Assembly: GCA_907165135.1 (NCBI GenBank)
Contig: OU015568.1
Coordinates: 9,920,001 to 9,984,000, forward strand
Direction: 5' to 3'
DNA: 64,000 bases
From: Oikopleura dioica
Taxonomy: Eukaryota > Animalia > Chordata
This document shows, piece after piece, positions 31,117 through 44,352 of the stretch. How positions within the stretch are numbered: position 1 is the first letter of the stretch; the number at the start of each line of letters is the position of its first letter. The notes below the pieces were generated by a model. It worked only from the letters and a program-made list of their open reading frames with translations, searched no databases and was not told the DNA's origin. Position numbers and translations under genes: made by a program.

Positions 31117-31682
31117 CAGTCTGTATAGTTTCTCTCGCGGGCGGGATCTAAACAAATTTGCAGATTTCAAGGGCGCCCATTTTCCTTTCTTTCTTCCTGA
31201 AAGTCTTTCTCTTCAAAATTGAAAAAGGTTTTTTTTCAGCGCAGAGGCGTTACACAACGAGGTAATACCCCCGAGGCTCGAGGTCAAAGTAATTTAAAAC
31301 GCGAAATGACCAGGCGAGGATCCACTCGGTTTTATTTATTCAGGGATGTTGAATCTGGATTCAAATGCATATAAAAATTTTCAAAAACAAGCCTTACCTC
31401 CTCAAATTCTCGAATCTATCTTTCAAGTAACAGAACAGAGGAGCTAATTCCCTTGAGCACAGAATAAAAGAAGGGTCTTATTATTTTAATGGCGACAATT
31501 TTTGGTCGTGATTGAGTTTTTGTGGTAATTTATTACCAATTGCAGTTGAAATAAAGAAAAAGAAAATAAAGAAAGGAAGGGTTGAACTCAGAATCTATCG
31601 AGATTCAGTTGTCAGTTGATGAAGTTTTACAGGTTTTCCGTTGCCATAAGTCCGTTTTATCCAGTGTCATGAGAAGTAAGTT

Positions 31683-34600
31683 TTAGCCTTGTCGACCTTG
31701 TCGACCTTTTCTCCCTTTTCTTCGATTTGGATTATTAATGAACTAAAAAATGTCACATCATTCATTATTTACTGAATTTCTTCTTACGCATTCCGAGTTG
31801 TGCTGATGTCGCCATCCGTTTTTCGTGCACTCGAGCGTTGGAGGTTGCGCTGGAGCACCTTTGGGCGATAAAGCAAAGTAACCCTTTTTGCACAAGAAAT
31901 GAATCTTTTCCCCAATCTTGTGTACTCGATTGCTTCTGCTTCTGTTCTTGCTCTTTCCAAACATTCTACTGTTAGGAACATCTGGCACATCATGCGCGTG
32001 ACAGCCTCGCATGCAAGATTTGACATTTCGGTTGCTCCAGAAGCCGGATTTTTCACATGTCGCAGTATACAGACGGTCTGGGTTTTTCATCTTGAAGCCT
32101 TCTTTGCAACGGAAGATGATTTTGTCTCCAGCTTTGAATCGATCAGCAGAGGTGTCCAGAGCAACCTCATCTTTTCCGATAAGCTTCATTCATATTGAGA
32201 TTAGCTGCAGGAAACATCAATTACCTGATACTGCAGAGAGTTTGGGAGTTCATTTGGCCTGTGGCAAACAGAAGAACAGCTAAAATCAGCCTTTGTCCAA
32301 GTACCATCCTCTTGGCATCGAATAGTTGGATTACCAACAGGTTTAATGTTGAAATTCAAGCATGCGAAGGCGACTACTGTGCCGACTCCAAGATCCTCGC
32401 CAAACGACTTTTCGGAGTTTTTAATAGAATTCTATTCTCAAGAATCTGAAACTAGTTATTTTTGATTATCAAAAACTCGTAACAAAGGTTTCGCATCAAG
32501 AACCGAAGGGAGTGGATCACATGCTTTAACACATGAAAAGCTAATGGGTGTGAATTCTCCATCAGTTTCGCATGTGATGGACCTTTCCCCGACGAGAACT
32601 GTGCCTTCTGGGCATTCAAAAGTGACGCTTTCCTTGAGTGCAAAAGCATGTTTATTCGAAGTTTGAGCCACTGCTCCGGCTGGCCACGTATCTTGTTGCG
32701 GCAGAGCGCATTCTAATGCTGGCGCCTGGCAGATGTAAGAGAAGGTCAAATCGCACTCCATGTTCATGATAGCATTGCGCATCACTAGAACTCCGCAATC
32801 TCGCTCTGCAGCATCGTCAGTCATGCTACGGGAATCAGTTCGCGGCCACCCCTTCGCCCAACGAACATCTTTGTTCCCGGCGCCATCGCTCCAAGTCCAG
32901 TTTCCTGAATTAAAATGTCAAAATAAAACGACTCAGATCAATATTAGTAATATTATATTACCATTATCAAGACGTTCAAGACCAATCCAAATCTCATTTT
33001 TGAGCCTGAGTCGATCAACGACCGTTCCATAGATTGGACATTCTTGAATCAATTTTGCACCGTAGCGGTGGCAAACTGACTTAGCCTTGTGGTAAGTTGA
33101 CTGTTCGTTGAAATATTTGAAGCATTCGTCTCCGATTGGTGACCAACCATGAGGACAGCTCACACTGAAAAACTTGAAATACTGATTTTAAAGTATTCTC
33201 AAACCTAGAAGATGACGATGAGCTTGAAATATCTTCACATAAAACTGGTGCTTCCGGTATTTCTGCTCTTTCCATACTCGCAGATTTCTCGCAAGAGAAA
33301 CCATCCCCATGAAATCCTTCGAAGCACGTGCATGTAAATTTTCCATCGTAGTTCTTGCACGCAGCGTTATCATCACACGGGGAAAGTGCGCATTCGTCGA
33401 TATCTTCACAGCTTCCCGCGTTGAGTCTGAATCCATCAAGGCAGTAACATTCATAACTTCCAATCGAATTCTTGCATTCGCTCTCGCCGCAATATCCACT
33501 ATCGGCGCACTCGTCAATATCGACGCAAGTCTTTCCATCTTCGGCCAAAGTGAATCCTTCAGCGCAAGCGCAAATGTAGGAGCCAACAGTGTCCACACAT
33601 TTTTGCGAGCATTTGTGCAAATCGGTCTTACATTCATCGATGTTTATACAATTACCTTCTTCATTCTTTTCGTAGCCTTGATTGCAAGCACACTCGTAAC
33701 TGCCAATACCATTGACACAGCTGCTGTCTTTGACGCAAAGAGAAGAGTCTACATCTTGGAGACATTCGTCAATATCAGCGCACTCGTTATTGTTGACAAC
33801 ACCGAAGCCAACATTGCATTCGCACCGATAGCCCCCAACAAAATTCACGCAGAGGTCTGGGCAGACATCGTTTTCGCACTCATCAATGTCAACACATTTT
33901 CCCGATTCCATCGAGAAACCCTCAGCACAAGCGCACTCAAATGAGCCTTCCGTCTCAACGCATGTTTGATGAGTTCCAAAACAGATGGCTTTGCCACTTT
34001 GAGTCATTCTCTCATCACATTCTGGGAAGTCTACACAAACACCTTCAGATTCAAAATCCAAGGGCGCATTCGCAATTGAATCCGCCTGTTTCTTCTATGC
34101 AAATCTTCAGAGTTCAAAATTATCAATTCAATAAGTGATTAAATTTGAAATTATATTTTAAACTCTGCCTGATTTTCCCCGCAAGGATTCGTTTCGCATT
34201 CTTTGATGTCATTGCAGACAACGCCATCACCTTTAAATCCCTCTTTGCACTCGCAGTCGTAGTCCCCATCTGTGTTCAGGCAAACTGCATGTTCGTGACA
34301 CTTGTTCTCGCTCAGGCACTCGTCAATATCAATACAGGAGTTGTCATCTTCTGGGGCATAACCATTTTCACACTCACAGAAAAACCTTCCTTCTGCATTT
34401 TCACAGATTTGGTTATTTCCGCAGGTAGATTCTCCAGTTGCACATTCGTCGACATCGACACAGTTTTGCTCATCATCAGAAAGCGCAAAGCCCTCAAGAC
34501 AGAAACATTCATACGATCCAGAAGAGTTACTACACTCGACATCTTCTGCACATACTCCGACCGTACACTCATCGATATCAGAACATGTGAAGCCGTCGCC

Positions 34601-37600
34601 TTCGAAGCCTTCACTACACTCGCATTCGAACGTTCCTACTGAGTTTTTACACTCGGCATTTGCGTCACAAGGGTTGGTTGAGCATTCATCATTATCTTCG
34701 CACTGTCCAAGAACCTCTGTGAAGCCAAGATTGCAGTCACAGACGAAACTGCCTTCATTGTTGACGCAGAAACTATTTGATTTTTTGCTGCAAACATCTT
34801 CATCGGCACATTCATCTACATCGAGGCAATCTTCACTATTCTCCGACTTAGCGTACCCATCAAGACAGGAACAACTGAAGCTACCGTCAAAGTTTCGGCA
34901 AACAGAATTCTCTCCACATGGATCATTCTCACATTCATCAATGTCTCGGCATTCTTCATCATCATCTTCTCTTATGAAACCGTCCGCGCAGTTGCAAGAA
35001 TAGCTTCCATCGCTATCGACACAAACCTCATTAGCATCACATGGAGATCTAAATAAGAGTTCAAAGACTGTCAGAGAACTATCCAGGAAATGATTTTTTA
35101 GAACTCTTGGCTAAAGAAATTCGAGTTTTCACAATTCTCCCGATCCGAGAATTTTACATACCGTGCGCATTCATCGATATTTTCGCAGCCATTTTCGCCG
35201 ATTTCGAATCCGCCTAAGCATGAGCATTCGTAAGATCCGATAACGTTTATGCATTCCGTGTTTTCCCCACAGTCAACCGTCGCGCAGTCGTCAATGTCAG
35301 CGCAGGTCTTTCCATCGCCTTCAAATCCTTGGTCACACATGCAAATAAAGCTGCCCATTTTGTTAAAGCAGCTTGCGTGGGGATCACAGGGCGAAGTTGC
35401 GCACTCATCGACATCTTCGCACATTCCGTCAGAAGCGCGGCGGAATCCGGAGCTGCAGTCGCAAGAAAAGCTGCCGACGGTATTTTTACAATCGGCAAAA
35501 AGATTGCATGGGTCATCAAGGCACTCATCTACATCAACACAGTCATTTGCATCGCCTTCAGTAAAGCCATCGTTGCACTCGCAGATGAAAGATCCTTCAG
35601 TATCGATGCAATGTGCATTTGGAGGACAAGCATCAGTCAAACACTCGTTAATATTTACACAATTTTTGCCATTCTCGTCAGCAAAACCAACCAAACAAGG
35701 ACATTCGAAGCCTCCAATAGTATTGACGCATCTTGAGTTGTCTCTGCAATTATCGTCTCCGACACTGCATTCATCCACGTCAACACATTCATCAAGGTCA
35801 GTGTAATCAAAACCATCAGGGCATTCACACCTGTAAGAGCCCACAATATTGAGGCAGACTTCGTTAGTTCCACAGATGTGTTCACCAGAGGCACATTCGT
35901 CAATATCCTCGCACATGAATCCGTCGCCCTCATATCCCCACTCACAGGTGCAGCTGAAAGATCCGTTTTCATTTTGGCAGCTCGCATTTGCATGGCATTT
36001 GTTTTCGACGGCGCACTCATCAATATCTGAACACGAAATTCCGTCGCCTTCATAACCGCCTTGGCAGGAACAAGAAAAACTTCCCTTCGAATTTGAGCAA
36101 TTTGCATTCTCGCTGCAATTATTTTTGTCCTCGTCAGCACATTCGTTCACATCCGTGCATTTACCATCAATTAACTCAAATCCAGCTTTGCATTCACAGT
36201 CAAAACCGCCATCACTGTTGATGCAATTTGAGTTTGGTCCGAGTCTTCTGGAACAGATTTTTGGTCCTTCTCGTGAGCACTCATCAATATCCTCACAGGG
36301 GCAAGATCCAGAACCCTCTTCATCAGAGTTGTCGTCGCATACTTTTTCATACCCATGCTCACATTTGCATTTGAATGAACCAGGGCTGTTCAAGCAGATT
36401 TCGTGTTCCGCACAAGGCTCCTCTGCACATTCATCGATATCATCACATCCGTGCTCTTCAACTGTGTAACCGACCGGGCAGACACATTCAGCGAATCCAA
36501 CATGATCAACGCAAATTTGGCTTCCAGCGCATTTGTATTGTTCAAGAAGGCACTCGTCGATTTCGATACAGTTTCCAAGGTCATCATACTCGTAGCCAGC
36601 ATCACAGACGCATTCAAATGATCCAATCGTGTTTTGGCAGTTTTCATGTCGGCACATGCATGTACCAACAAGCGCGCATTCATCAATATCCTAAAAAAAT
36701 TGACGACTCAATCTACGATAACAAATACCTGACAGTTCTTTCCATCTTCACTCGAGTAGCCAGAATGACATGTGCAGGTTGGTTCAAAGCCGATATTGTT
36801 AAGGCAGTCAGAGTTCACACCACAGTAAGGCTCGTCAAACGCGCACTCGTCGACGTCAAGACAGTGAAAGAAGTCTTTCTCCAAATCTTGCTCGTAAAAC
36901 TCATCGCACTCACAGACGTAGCTTCCAGGAATATTTTCGCAGCTCGCGTTGTCTCCACAAATGCCAGCAGCGCATTCGTCTATGTCTTCACAAGTGCGGC
37001 CGTCGGATTGAAGAGCGTAGCCAGAGTTGCAGGAGCAGGAGTAGCTGCCGATTGTGTTCTCGCAAATGTGATCGCAGTCATTTTCACCAGCGCACTCATC
37101 GACATCAGCACATTTTCCATTGTTTTTAGCATAACCAACATGACACTGACACCAATAGTTTCCAATAAGATTGATACAATTAGATTTGACATCACATCGA
37201 TCATACCCTAGTTCGCATTCATCGATATCAGAGCAGGTTGGTGAGGAATGATCAAAACCGGATTTTTTCACGCAGCGCGCACCAGATTCGAAATTGTAGC
37301 AAGACTCACATGACTGGCAAGAGAGGTTGTCGCAAGGATTTCGATCACATGTGTCATTTTCTGCCTTTGCACCGTCTTCACAGATGCAGGAAAAGTCTGA
37401 TCCTTTACCAACACAGGTTGAGCCTTCGATTGATGAGCAAGGATTTCCGGAACATGGGTCGAATGGAAGACAAGTGGGGGGACCATTTTTGTTATTTTGA
37501 CAAGTGGAGTTTTCGTCGCAAATACCAAGCACACTGCAAAGGTCAACAACGTGACATTCTCCATTATAGAAGATCTCGTTCATGTTGCATGCTGTGGCAC

Positions 37601-38263
37601 AGCTTTCTTCGCCAATGATTATTGGAGTTTCACCTCTATTTTCAACGTCAGGCTCGAGTTCATCTTCAAGAATGACGGTAGCGTCACCAGAGCTTTCGTC
37701 CAAGGCATCTTCGCTTATTTCAACAACTGGAACGTCGTCTGAACCAGATGACTCCATCATCATTCCAGAGCCTTCAATTATCATGTCCAACGGATCAAAC
37801 TGTCCAGAAGACTCTTGTACTGAAACCTATGGCAAATGTTTCGAATAAATTTTAGTAAAGCTCTTTACCTCAAGATTAATATTGTTGATGATTTCTACTT
37901 GTCCAGTTATCGCAGAATATATTTCGCACTTGTATATTCCCTCATCAATAGCTAGAAAATATTTGAAGGCGAATATTTCTTTTTCTGCTTACCTGATGCA
38001 TCAGAGAGGGTTAGATCAGCTGATCCAGGAACGAGGCTGACTTTGACTCTCTCAACAAGTGGGGATGATCGTACAAGTTTGACTCGCTCTTCAAGCCTCT
38101 TTGCGATCCGAGCATCAGACTGGTACCACTCTACTACAGGCGACACTGCATCAGCAGGAATTTGGCAAGGAAGCGTGACCGTCCCTCCCTCATCGACTCT
38201 TATTCTCGTGACTTCTTCATTCGAGAGAACGCCCTGCGCCAAAAACGCGGCGAGCAACTTCAT
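31683..38263 (-). CDS. giant extracellular protein: signal, Ig V-set, acidic Ser-Gly region, ~34 EGF/cbEGF, C-type lectin, 4 Sushi, basic tail (lectican-like layout without Link domains)
   Basis: VTLPC...VEWY...DLTLSDAS|ASDEGIYKC; ESSG/EGSG motifs; repeated D(I/V)DEC; CPHGWSPIGDECFKYF...WIGL...WTWSDG...DCG...MECD...YICQ; four C...C...W...C Sushi repeats; last exon FINNPNRRKGRKGRQGRQG*. Confidence 0.9.
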
Positions 38264-39174
38264 CTCTCGGTGAAAAAATCTGTAAGAAGATGAAAGAGAT
38301 TTTGACAACCCAGAATCAACCGCACGAGTTCATCCGCTCTTGAAATAACAGGAAAGTTTTCTTTGCAATCTACATCGGAAAACGCCGGCTTTTTGAAAAC
38401 AGATTACGAATGTGATTTTCTGTTGATTGGAATTTGACCGGTTTGCCAGAAATCAAAGTCATAATTCTACATGGCGGAAATGACTAACCATCTAAAGTTG
38501 ATAATTAAATGATCATTAAAAATTATTAGTAATGGACACAAGTCTGTGACCTTCGGAGAACAATAAACCAATTGATTTCTGGATCAATCATTATCCGGAG
38601 TAAAGCTGACCTCGTAAAAATTGTAATCTAATGAAACCCTGCCAAAATGATGAGCGTCATCGGAATTGACGTCCAAATTTAAAACGCCTTTACGTTCTGT
38701 AATTGCGTAAATCTCCGCGCTGATATCATCGCTTTTTTATGGCTTTATAAATACTCGAGACGCCACCAGCTGATTGGTAAAACTCAAGGACGAAATCAAA
38801 CATTGTTAACTTCTTTCATAATTCAAGAGAGAATAAAAGAAACAAAAACGGAGAAAATGGCTCAAAGAAGTTCTCAGGAAGGTTTTTTCGACGTTGAACT
38901 CAATGAATGAGAAACCGATATTAATTCTTGCTGTAAAAACCCGGTCATTGAATTTATTCAGAGGGTTTGTATTTTTATTCCGGAGTTAACTAGGGTTTTT
39001 GAGTATTCGCCCGCTGGGCATCGTATGTCGTCCACGTTTTAAACAGTGAATTGATCGAGAAAGCTGAGGAATTTCTTCCTCGGAAATCCCACCAGATCCT
39101 TAATCTATCTCCGTTCTACACCTTTTCTTTTTTTGCCTTTTTTATTCCTTCAAAATTCCAAGAGAACAAGCAAA

Positions 39175-41520
39175 ATGGGAGAGAAGTCGAAAAAATCGAA
39201 AAAGTTGAAAATGGCGAATATGCGCATACAACTACAAGCAAATGAGCTCTTTGACAAAGGAGAGTATCAGAAAGCACTAGAAAAGGTCAGTTTGAGATTT
39301 GAGGGTGATTTGACATTTACAAGGAAATTGACTTCACAAGTCGTAGATTTGCATTTTTCAACGTTTTCCAAGATGTTTTGGACAAGCTATTATTAGCCTC
39401 AATTTACGGGGGTTCTTGTTGACACCGGCGTAATTATCTAGATATCAAGCTCATAAACTCTTATCCGATTTTTATCATTAAATAAAATCTTCAGCTCGAT
39501 GAGATCGCTCCCGCCAACTGGATGGGAATTCATTTCTTCAATCAATCTCGATTTCATTTGAAAAATTCAAACAAAGATGGCGCCATCGAGTCGCTCAGAA
39601 CTTTCGTGAACAAAGACAAAACATCCGCCATTGGATTCTTTCATCTTGCCACGCTGCTTTATCAACAAGGACAGTACAACGAGGCGGAGAAGAACTATGA
39701 AAAGGCATTCGATAGTTTGAGAGGGAACGAACTGGTGGATTACCGACCTCTGCAACTGGCTGTTACGCTAAGGGTGTCAGATGTGGCTTACAACCTTGCA
39801 GTCGCCGCGGTCAGGTAACTTTCTAACCAGTAATCCTTTTTCGAAAAGTGTTCTTGCTTGAAAACGCGGAAGGTTTTAAGAAAATGCTAACATAGAACAA
39901 TTTTTCGACAACTAGACAACTTTGAGGATAACAAAGCGGTAATTTTATGAGTCTAGACATAAAATTTATTCACCAAATTGAATCTCCCTTGAGAGAATAA
40001 AGCTACGGTTTATGAAATAAAAAAGAGTCGTTTCTTTGGATAATCTGGCTCGATCTCTGCGCATTTGTGGTTGACCAAAATAACAGCGCGTTTAGCCGTG
40101 ACAAGTGCTCATTAATCAGTTTCCTCAACGACTTCTCTTTAAGAAACGGCAGTTCCGAAAACTTTGTGAAATTCATCGAAATCGCCCTTGAAAACGCCGA
40201 AGAAATCGAGCGACATCGCGACATTCGCCACCTTGAAGCTCTGCGGGAATCGCCGTTAAATCAAATACCATTGACGAAATTCCCATTAATTGAAATTTCG
40301 CCATTTGCGGTTTTCCGTGTTTCGCAAAAGGTGAAGGCAAGTTTGAATTCGAATCCGATAAAGAAGGCGACTGCCAAGGCTGTTGGTGGAGATGGTGAAG
40401 CGGGATTTACTCCGGTCGCAGCGCCAGTGATTCCCAAACATTTTCGCGCCTCGGATATGACGGAGGCCCCCTTATCAGGTACGATAAAAATATTCACCAG
40501 GGAGCTTTACCAGGGATTCTCAGCAATATCACTTTTCAGCTTTATAAACTGATTTTAAGCTAAGCTACAAAGCGTGGCACGAAAAGAAACGGAGCGATCA
40601 ATTAGCAAAGGTCGATCAACCTCTCCGTCAATTTCGGCGCTGCTCGCTCAATCTGGAATCACTTTACCGGGCGTAGACGCTGCTGGTCGCCGAGCTGGTA
40701 TTACAGGAGCGGCGGGAATGAATTCGAGCCCCGCCCCGCCATCCCGGCCGCCTCCCCTAGCTCGGGAAAATTCTAGAGGCTCCAGTGGAGGAAAGCCTTC
40801 ACCAAAACTCTCTCCAAAGAGTTCAAAGCTCGAATCGAGTTCACCCGTGACGAAATCAGCGAAATCCCTGGATTCAAGAGGCTCAAGTACTCAAAAACTC
40901 GACAAAGAAGCAAAGAAAACAACGCTTATGAATAATACTGTAGCTGACGGCAGTCCACTGGCGCGGAAAGAAGAGCTCAAAGCGCCGAGTGTTAAAAGTG
41001 TCAAGTCAGATAAAAGCAAGAAATCAAAGAAATCTTCTTCAAAGACGAAATTGTCCGATGAAAAATCAGCTCCGTTTCCGGAAGGCTCGGGCGATCAAAA
41101 AATTCAATGTAACGACAAAAAAGATGAGAAGCGATTGGAAGTCAAGATTCCACCAGAAAGGTAAAACGATTTCACTTGGATTTTCTACTGATCATCTTCT
41201 TATAGCAACGGTCTGAACGAAAGGGTGAGGCTTTGTGTCAATGTCCAGCTTGATCTCGACCTTGAGGTCGACCGAAATATCGACTTAGACTCGATTATGC
41301 TAAGAATAAGAGACAGAATTCACAGCATGGCTTCTGTTGTTAGTTCCAATTCAACATCTCCTTGCTTATTACACAATGGTAAATACAATTGCATAATGCA
41401 ATTGCATAATTATTATGAAACTGAAGGTAATTTTGATTCTTAGATGAACCCGTAACGGATGAAGAACAGTTCAAGAAGACGCTCCAAGACACAAATGCTG
41501 TAAATTTAAAGCTCAAATGA
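39175..41520 (+). CDS. p67phox/NOXA1/NoxR-like NADPH oxidase activator homolog (TPR + activation-domain region + Pro-rich + PB1-like; no SH3)
   Basis: NKDKTSAIGFFHLATLLYQQGQYNEAEKNYEKAFDSLRGNELVDYRPLQL...DVAYNLA matches remembered NCF2 NRDKHLAVAYFQRGMLYYQ...LRGNQLIDYKILGL...EVLYNIA. VFR...KKATAKAVGGDGEAGFTP follows; stop 41518-41520. Confidence 0.8.
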
Positions 41521-41993
41521 TCAAATCTTCAATGTTAGAATTTTGCCAAAATAAAATTTTGTTGATAATTGCATCTGTTTTCCAACGATATTCAAGACAA
41601 CTGAGCCATTTTTTCGTAAGTTGTATTTTATTAAAAAAAAGCAAAAAAATAATGATGATGACAATAAAGATTTTCAAGGTACATGAACCAGACCATAATT
41701 TTCTTATCAAGAATGCATTTGGCTGAGTTACAATAATCACACTGTATGTTTTCATTGAATCTTCGTTAAAGTCAGTTCTTGGCGACCACCCATAAGTAAA
41801 GTTATAATGAACATAATTAGGTAAATATTAAAGAAAAATCAAAAAAAAAAATAAGAACTCTATAGATTAAAAAGAAAACAACTATAAATTATATAATATA
41901 ATTTATATACATGCCAATTTCCAGTCGAGTTACGAATGAAAAAATCTCAGCATCCATCCAAGCCACGATCCTTCGCGTAGTATTCAAAATTTA

Positions 41994-42497
41994 TCAAGAA
42001 GCATTGAGTCGATTATTTGTAAGGCAAACTCTAACAGACGTAAGATTCTTCATCAACGGGCCGGCGTATCTAGCGGTGTCGAGATTGTTTTGAATTATTT
42101 GTTTGGTCTCCTCATATTTCTGGGTATTTTGAACGAGTCTTTCGTCTTTGTCTAAAACATCCGCAAGTCTATTCAACTGCGTAGAATAAGAAACCATAAG
42201 CTCTCCAATTCGTTCCGTTATATCACCAAAACAAGGGAAAGAATCATTCAATTCAGTACCAAAAACGGGCTCGCTGAATCTGTCGCGCTCCAATGCGTTT
42301 TGATTTCTTTTAGCAAAATTGTTGCATTCATTAGCATTTCGGAGCAAGATTTCCATGTTATTCAAGTTTTCCAAATACGGGGTCATGAAAGTTCTACCGC
42401 CTTGTCCGCCAGTGTTGGTGATATGAATCACTGAGTTAGGGCCAAATCGAGGGATTTGAGAAAGCTTCTGGAAATCGTCGGTAAGTTCCGCCGCCAT
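41994..42497 (-). CDS. orphan intronless ORF, mostly helical, 167 aa
   Basis: MAAELTDDFQK...GELMVSYSTQLNRLADVLDKDERL...ARYAGPLMKNLTSVRVCL; protein-like composition, no confident family. A TTTATAG acceptor upstream allows an extra 5' exon. Confidence 0.55.
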   Translation of the reverse strand: MAAELTDDFQKLSQIPRFGPNSVIHITNTGGQGGRTFMTPYLENLNNMEILLRNANECNNFAKRNQNALERDRFSEPVFGTELNDSFPCFGDITERIGELMVSYSTQLNRLADVLDKDERLVQNTQKYEETKQIIQNNLDTARYAGPLMKNLTSVRVCLTNNRLNAS

Positions 42498-42726
42498 AAA
42501 GAAAAGGTGAAACGCATTGTTAAACTCCCAGTCCCGGTGAAGGGCGAAGCAAAGAACCAGCAGCTTCAAGTCTATAAATAATCAGTAATAAATCAAAATC
42601 TTTTCATAAGTTTGAAGATTTTCAATAAAAATTCTTGAGTAAAATCCGGGCAGCCCTATTTTTATTAGAAAATACGTTTGAAAACGCGCGAAAATACGCG
42701 AGTGAAGCCATGACGCGCTTTTTTAA

Positions 42727-43411
42727 GGCTACCTGGGTCGAGTTGGCCGTCTTTGAGGGTAAATTACTAACCTTTATTCCTAACAAAAGAAGCTTTGTAA
42801 GAGCTCATTCGATAGATCTATCCTAGATCTCGGATCGTGACAGAGCACTTTTTTCAATTTCAAAAAGATTTTTCAGAAAAAATGTCGTCAAAGTTGGCGT
42901 CTCGGCCTAAAATTGCAAACTTCAACGCTAAATTCAGGCGAAAATTTTCATTCGAAGTATTTTTTTCTTTTTGAAATTATAAAGTTTAAAGCCTCCTCTA
43001 CAATCGTGACAGAGCAGAATTTTCGATTTCGAAGATGTTTTTATCAAAATTTTAAAAAGTATGGACTCTCCTTCGCGAATCTCGGATTTTTGCTCGGTAA
43101 GCGTCCATTTACCTCGATTTCGAAATGAATTTTATTTTCTCGGGCAATTTTAAGCGTCACCACGATGTTTACCAGGCCATAAGCTTTCATTCAAGCCCTT
43201 CATCAGAAAAATTGGAGATAAAAAATTTCTCACCCAAATTTGAGCTGTTAGCATTTCCTGTAGATTTTAAACTTTAAAGTGGTTTTGATGGTGAAAACGT
43301 TTAGATAGCTATAGGGTCATTATAGAGTTTTTTGTTCCTCAGAATCTGAAGAATCCGATTCTATGGTCAGAAAATGGTTTTAGGGGGTACCAAAACTCGA
43401 CCTAGGTACCC
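42727..43411. mobile_element. non-autonomous TTAA-flanked DNA transposon (element 1, 685 bp)
   Basis: TTAA 42723-42726 | GGCTACCTGGGTCGAG ... CTCGACCTAGGTACCC | TTAA 43412-43415 (TIR 14/16); internal direct repeat ATCGTGACAGAGCA x2. Confidence 0.7.
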
Positions 43412-43415
43412 TTAA

Positions 43416-44352
43416 GGTTGGCCAAGTTATTTCACCCTCTTCTTGATTTTAAACCCTGGAACACCATACATATTTGGAATCAGCGGAAAAAATCTAGAAT
43501 CAAGACCTCTTTTGTTTCTTAAAAATCATTTCCGGTTGCGATTCTAGAACCGGAAATTTGTATAATTTTTAAGAAATGCATGCGTGTGACATATCAAATT
43601 AAAGCTTAGAAAATTTCTAGTCATTTAGAAACGGAATTCAACCGATTTGCGTACAAACTAACCCGAAAAAAATGAAGAAAATTTCAGTAATTTATGCCTC
43701 TTTTCATGATTTTACCGGTCGATCTGACCAGGGTTGAGACTGATTTTTCTAATGAATTGATTATGAAATGGGGTAAGAGGGATTCGCCTGCCCCCCAATC
43801 CGGCGGGCGACAAAAATGACCGGACCAAGCGGGTGACAAGCCAACACGGCCGAACTTCCCAACTCTGCGGGAAACAGCGAGGCTCAGTGGTTAATCGCTT
43901 ATCTATCGAGGAAAATCATGATTAGAGGGTTGTTGCAACGGTCTAGCTTATCTGCACAAGGTTCACTTTTCGGAGGATCATGAGCATTTTTGCTCAAAAA
44001 TTTTCAGGAAAGATGTGATTTATACTAATTCGACATTTGTAATCAAATTTTACCTTTGATCATGCGTCCAAAAAGCTGGACAGTTATTCCTAACTCAGTT
44101 ATTGCTCATTGCGATTCATGCAGAACAGTTCACAGTCTGGCTGCTAACAGAGATCTGAAATGACTCAGAATTTTCTGGGCTTCAATATAGGTCACACTTT
44201 ATTTGCAAAATTTCGCCAACTTCCGGCCCTAGAATAGTAACCGGAAGTAGTTTTTTAGAAAGGTCTTGATTCTAGATTTTTTCCGCTGATTCCAAATACG
44301 TATGGTGTTCCAGGATTAAAATCAAGAAGTGGGTGAAATAAATTGGCCAACC
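43416..44352. mobile_element. non-autonomous TTAA-flanked DNA transposon (element 2, 937 bp, ~150 bp TIRs)
   Basis: TTAA | GGTTGGCCAA...GGAATCAGCGGAAAAAATCTAGAATCAAGACC... and its reverse complement at ~44210-44352 | TTAA 44353-44356; arms roughly 90% identical over the outer 100 bp; no coding capacity. Confidence 0.85.

Noticed and set aside
33188-37848. Many plus-strand and shifted-frame ORFs over the EGF array
   Set aside because: Shadows of repetitive Cys/Asp codons.
41994-42497. Possible BAG6-like helical domain
   Set aside because: Resemblance too weak by eye; left as an orphan.
43877-43900. tRNA A-box-like GGCTCAGTGG with a short stem
   Set aside because: No B box, cloverleaf or acceptor stem; lies inside a DNA element.
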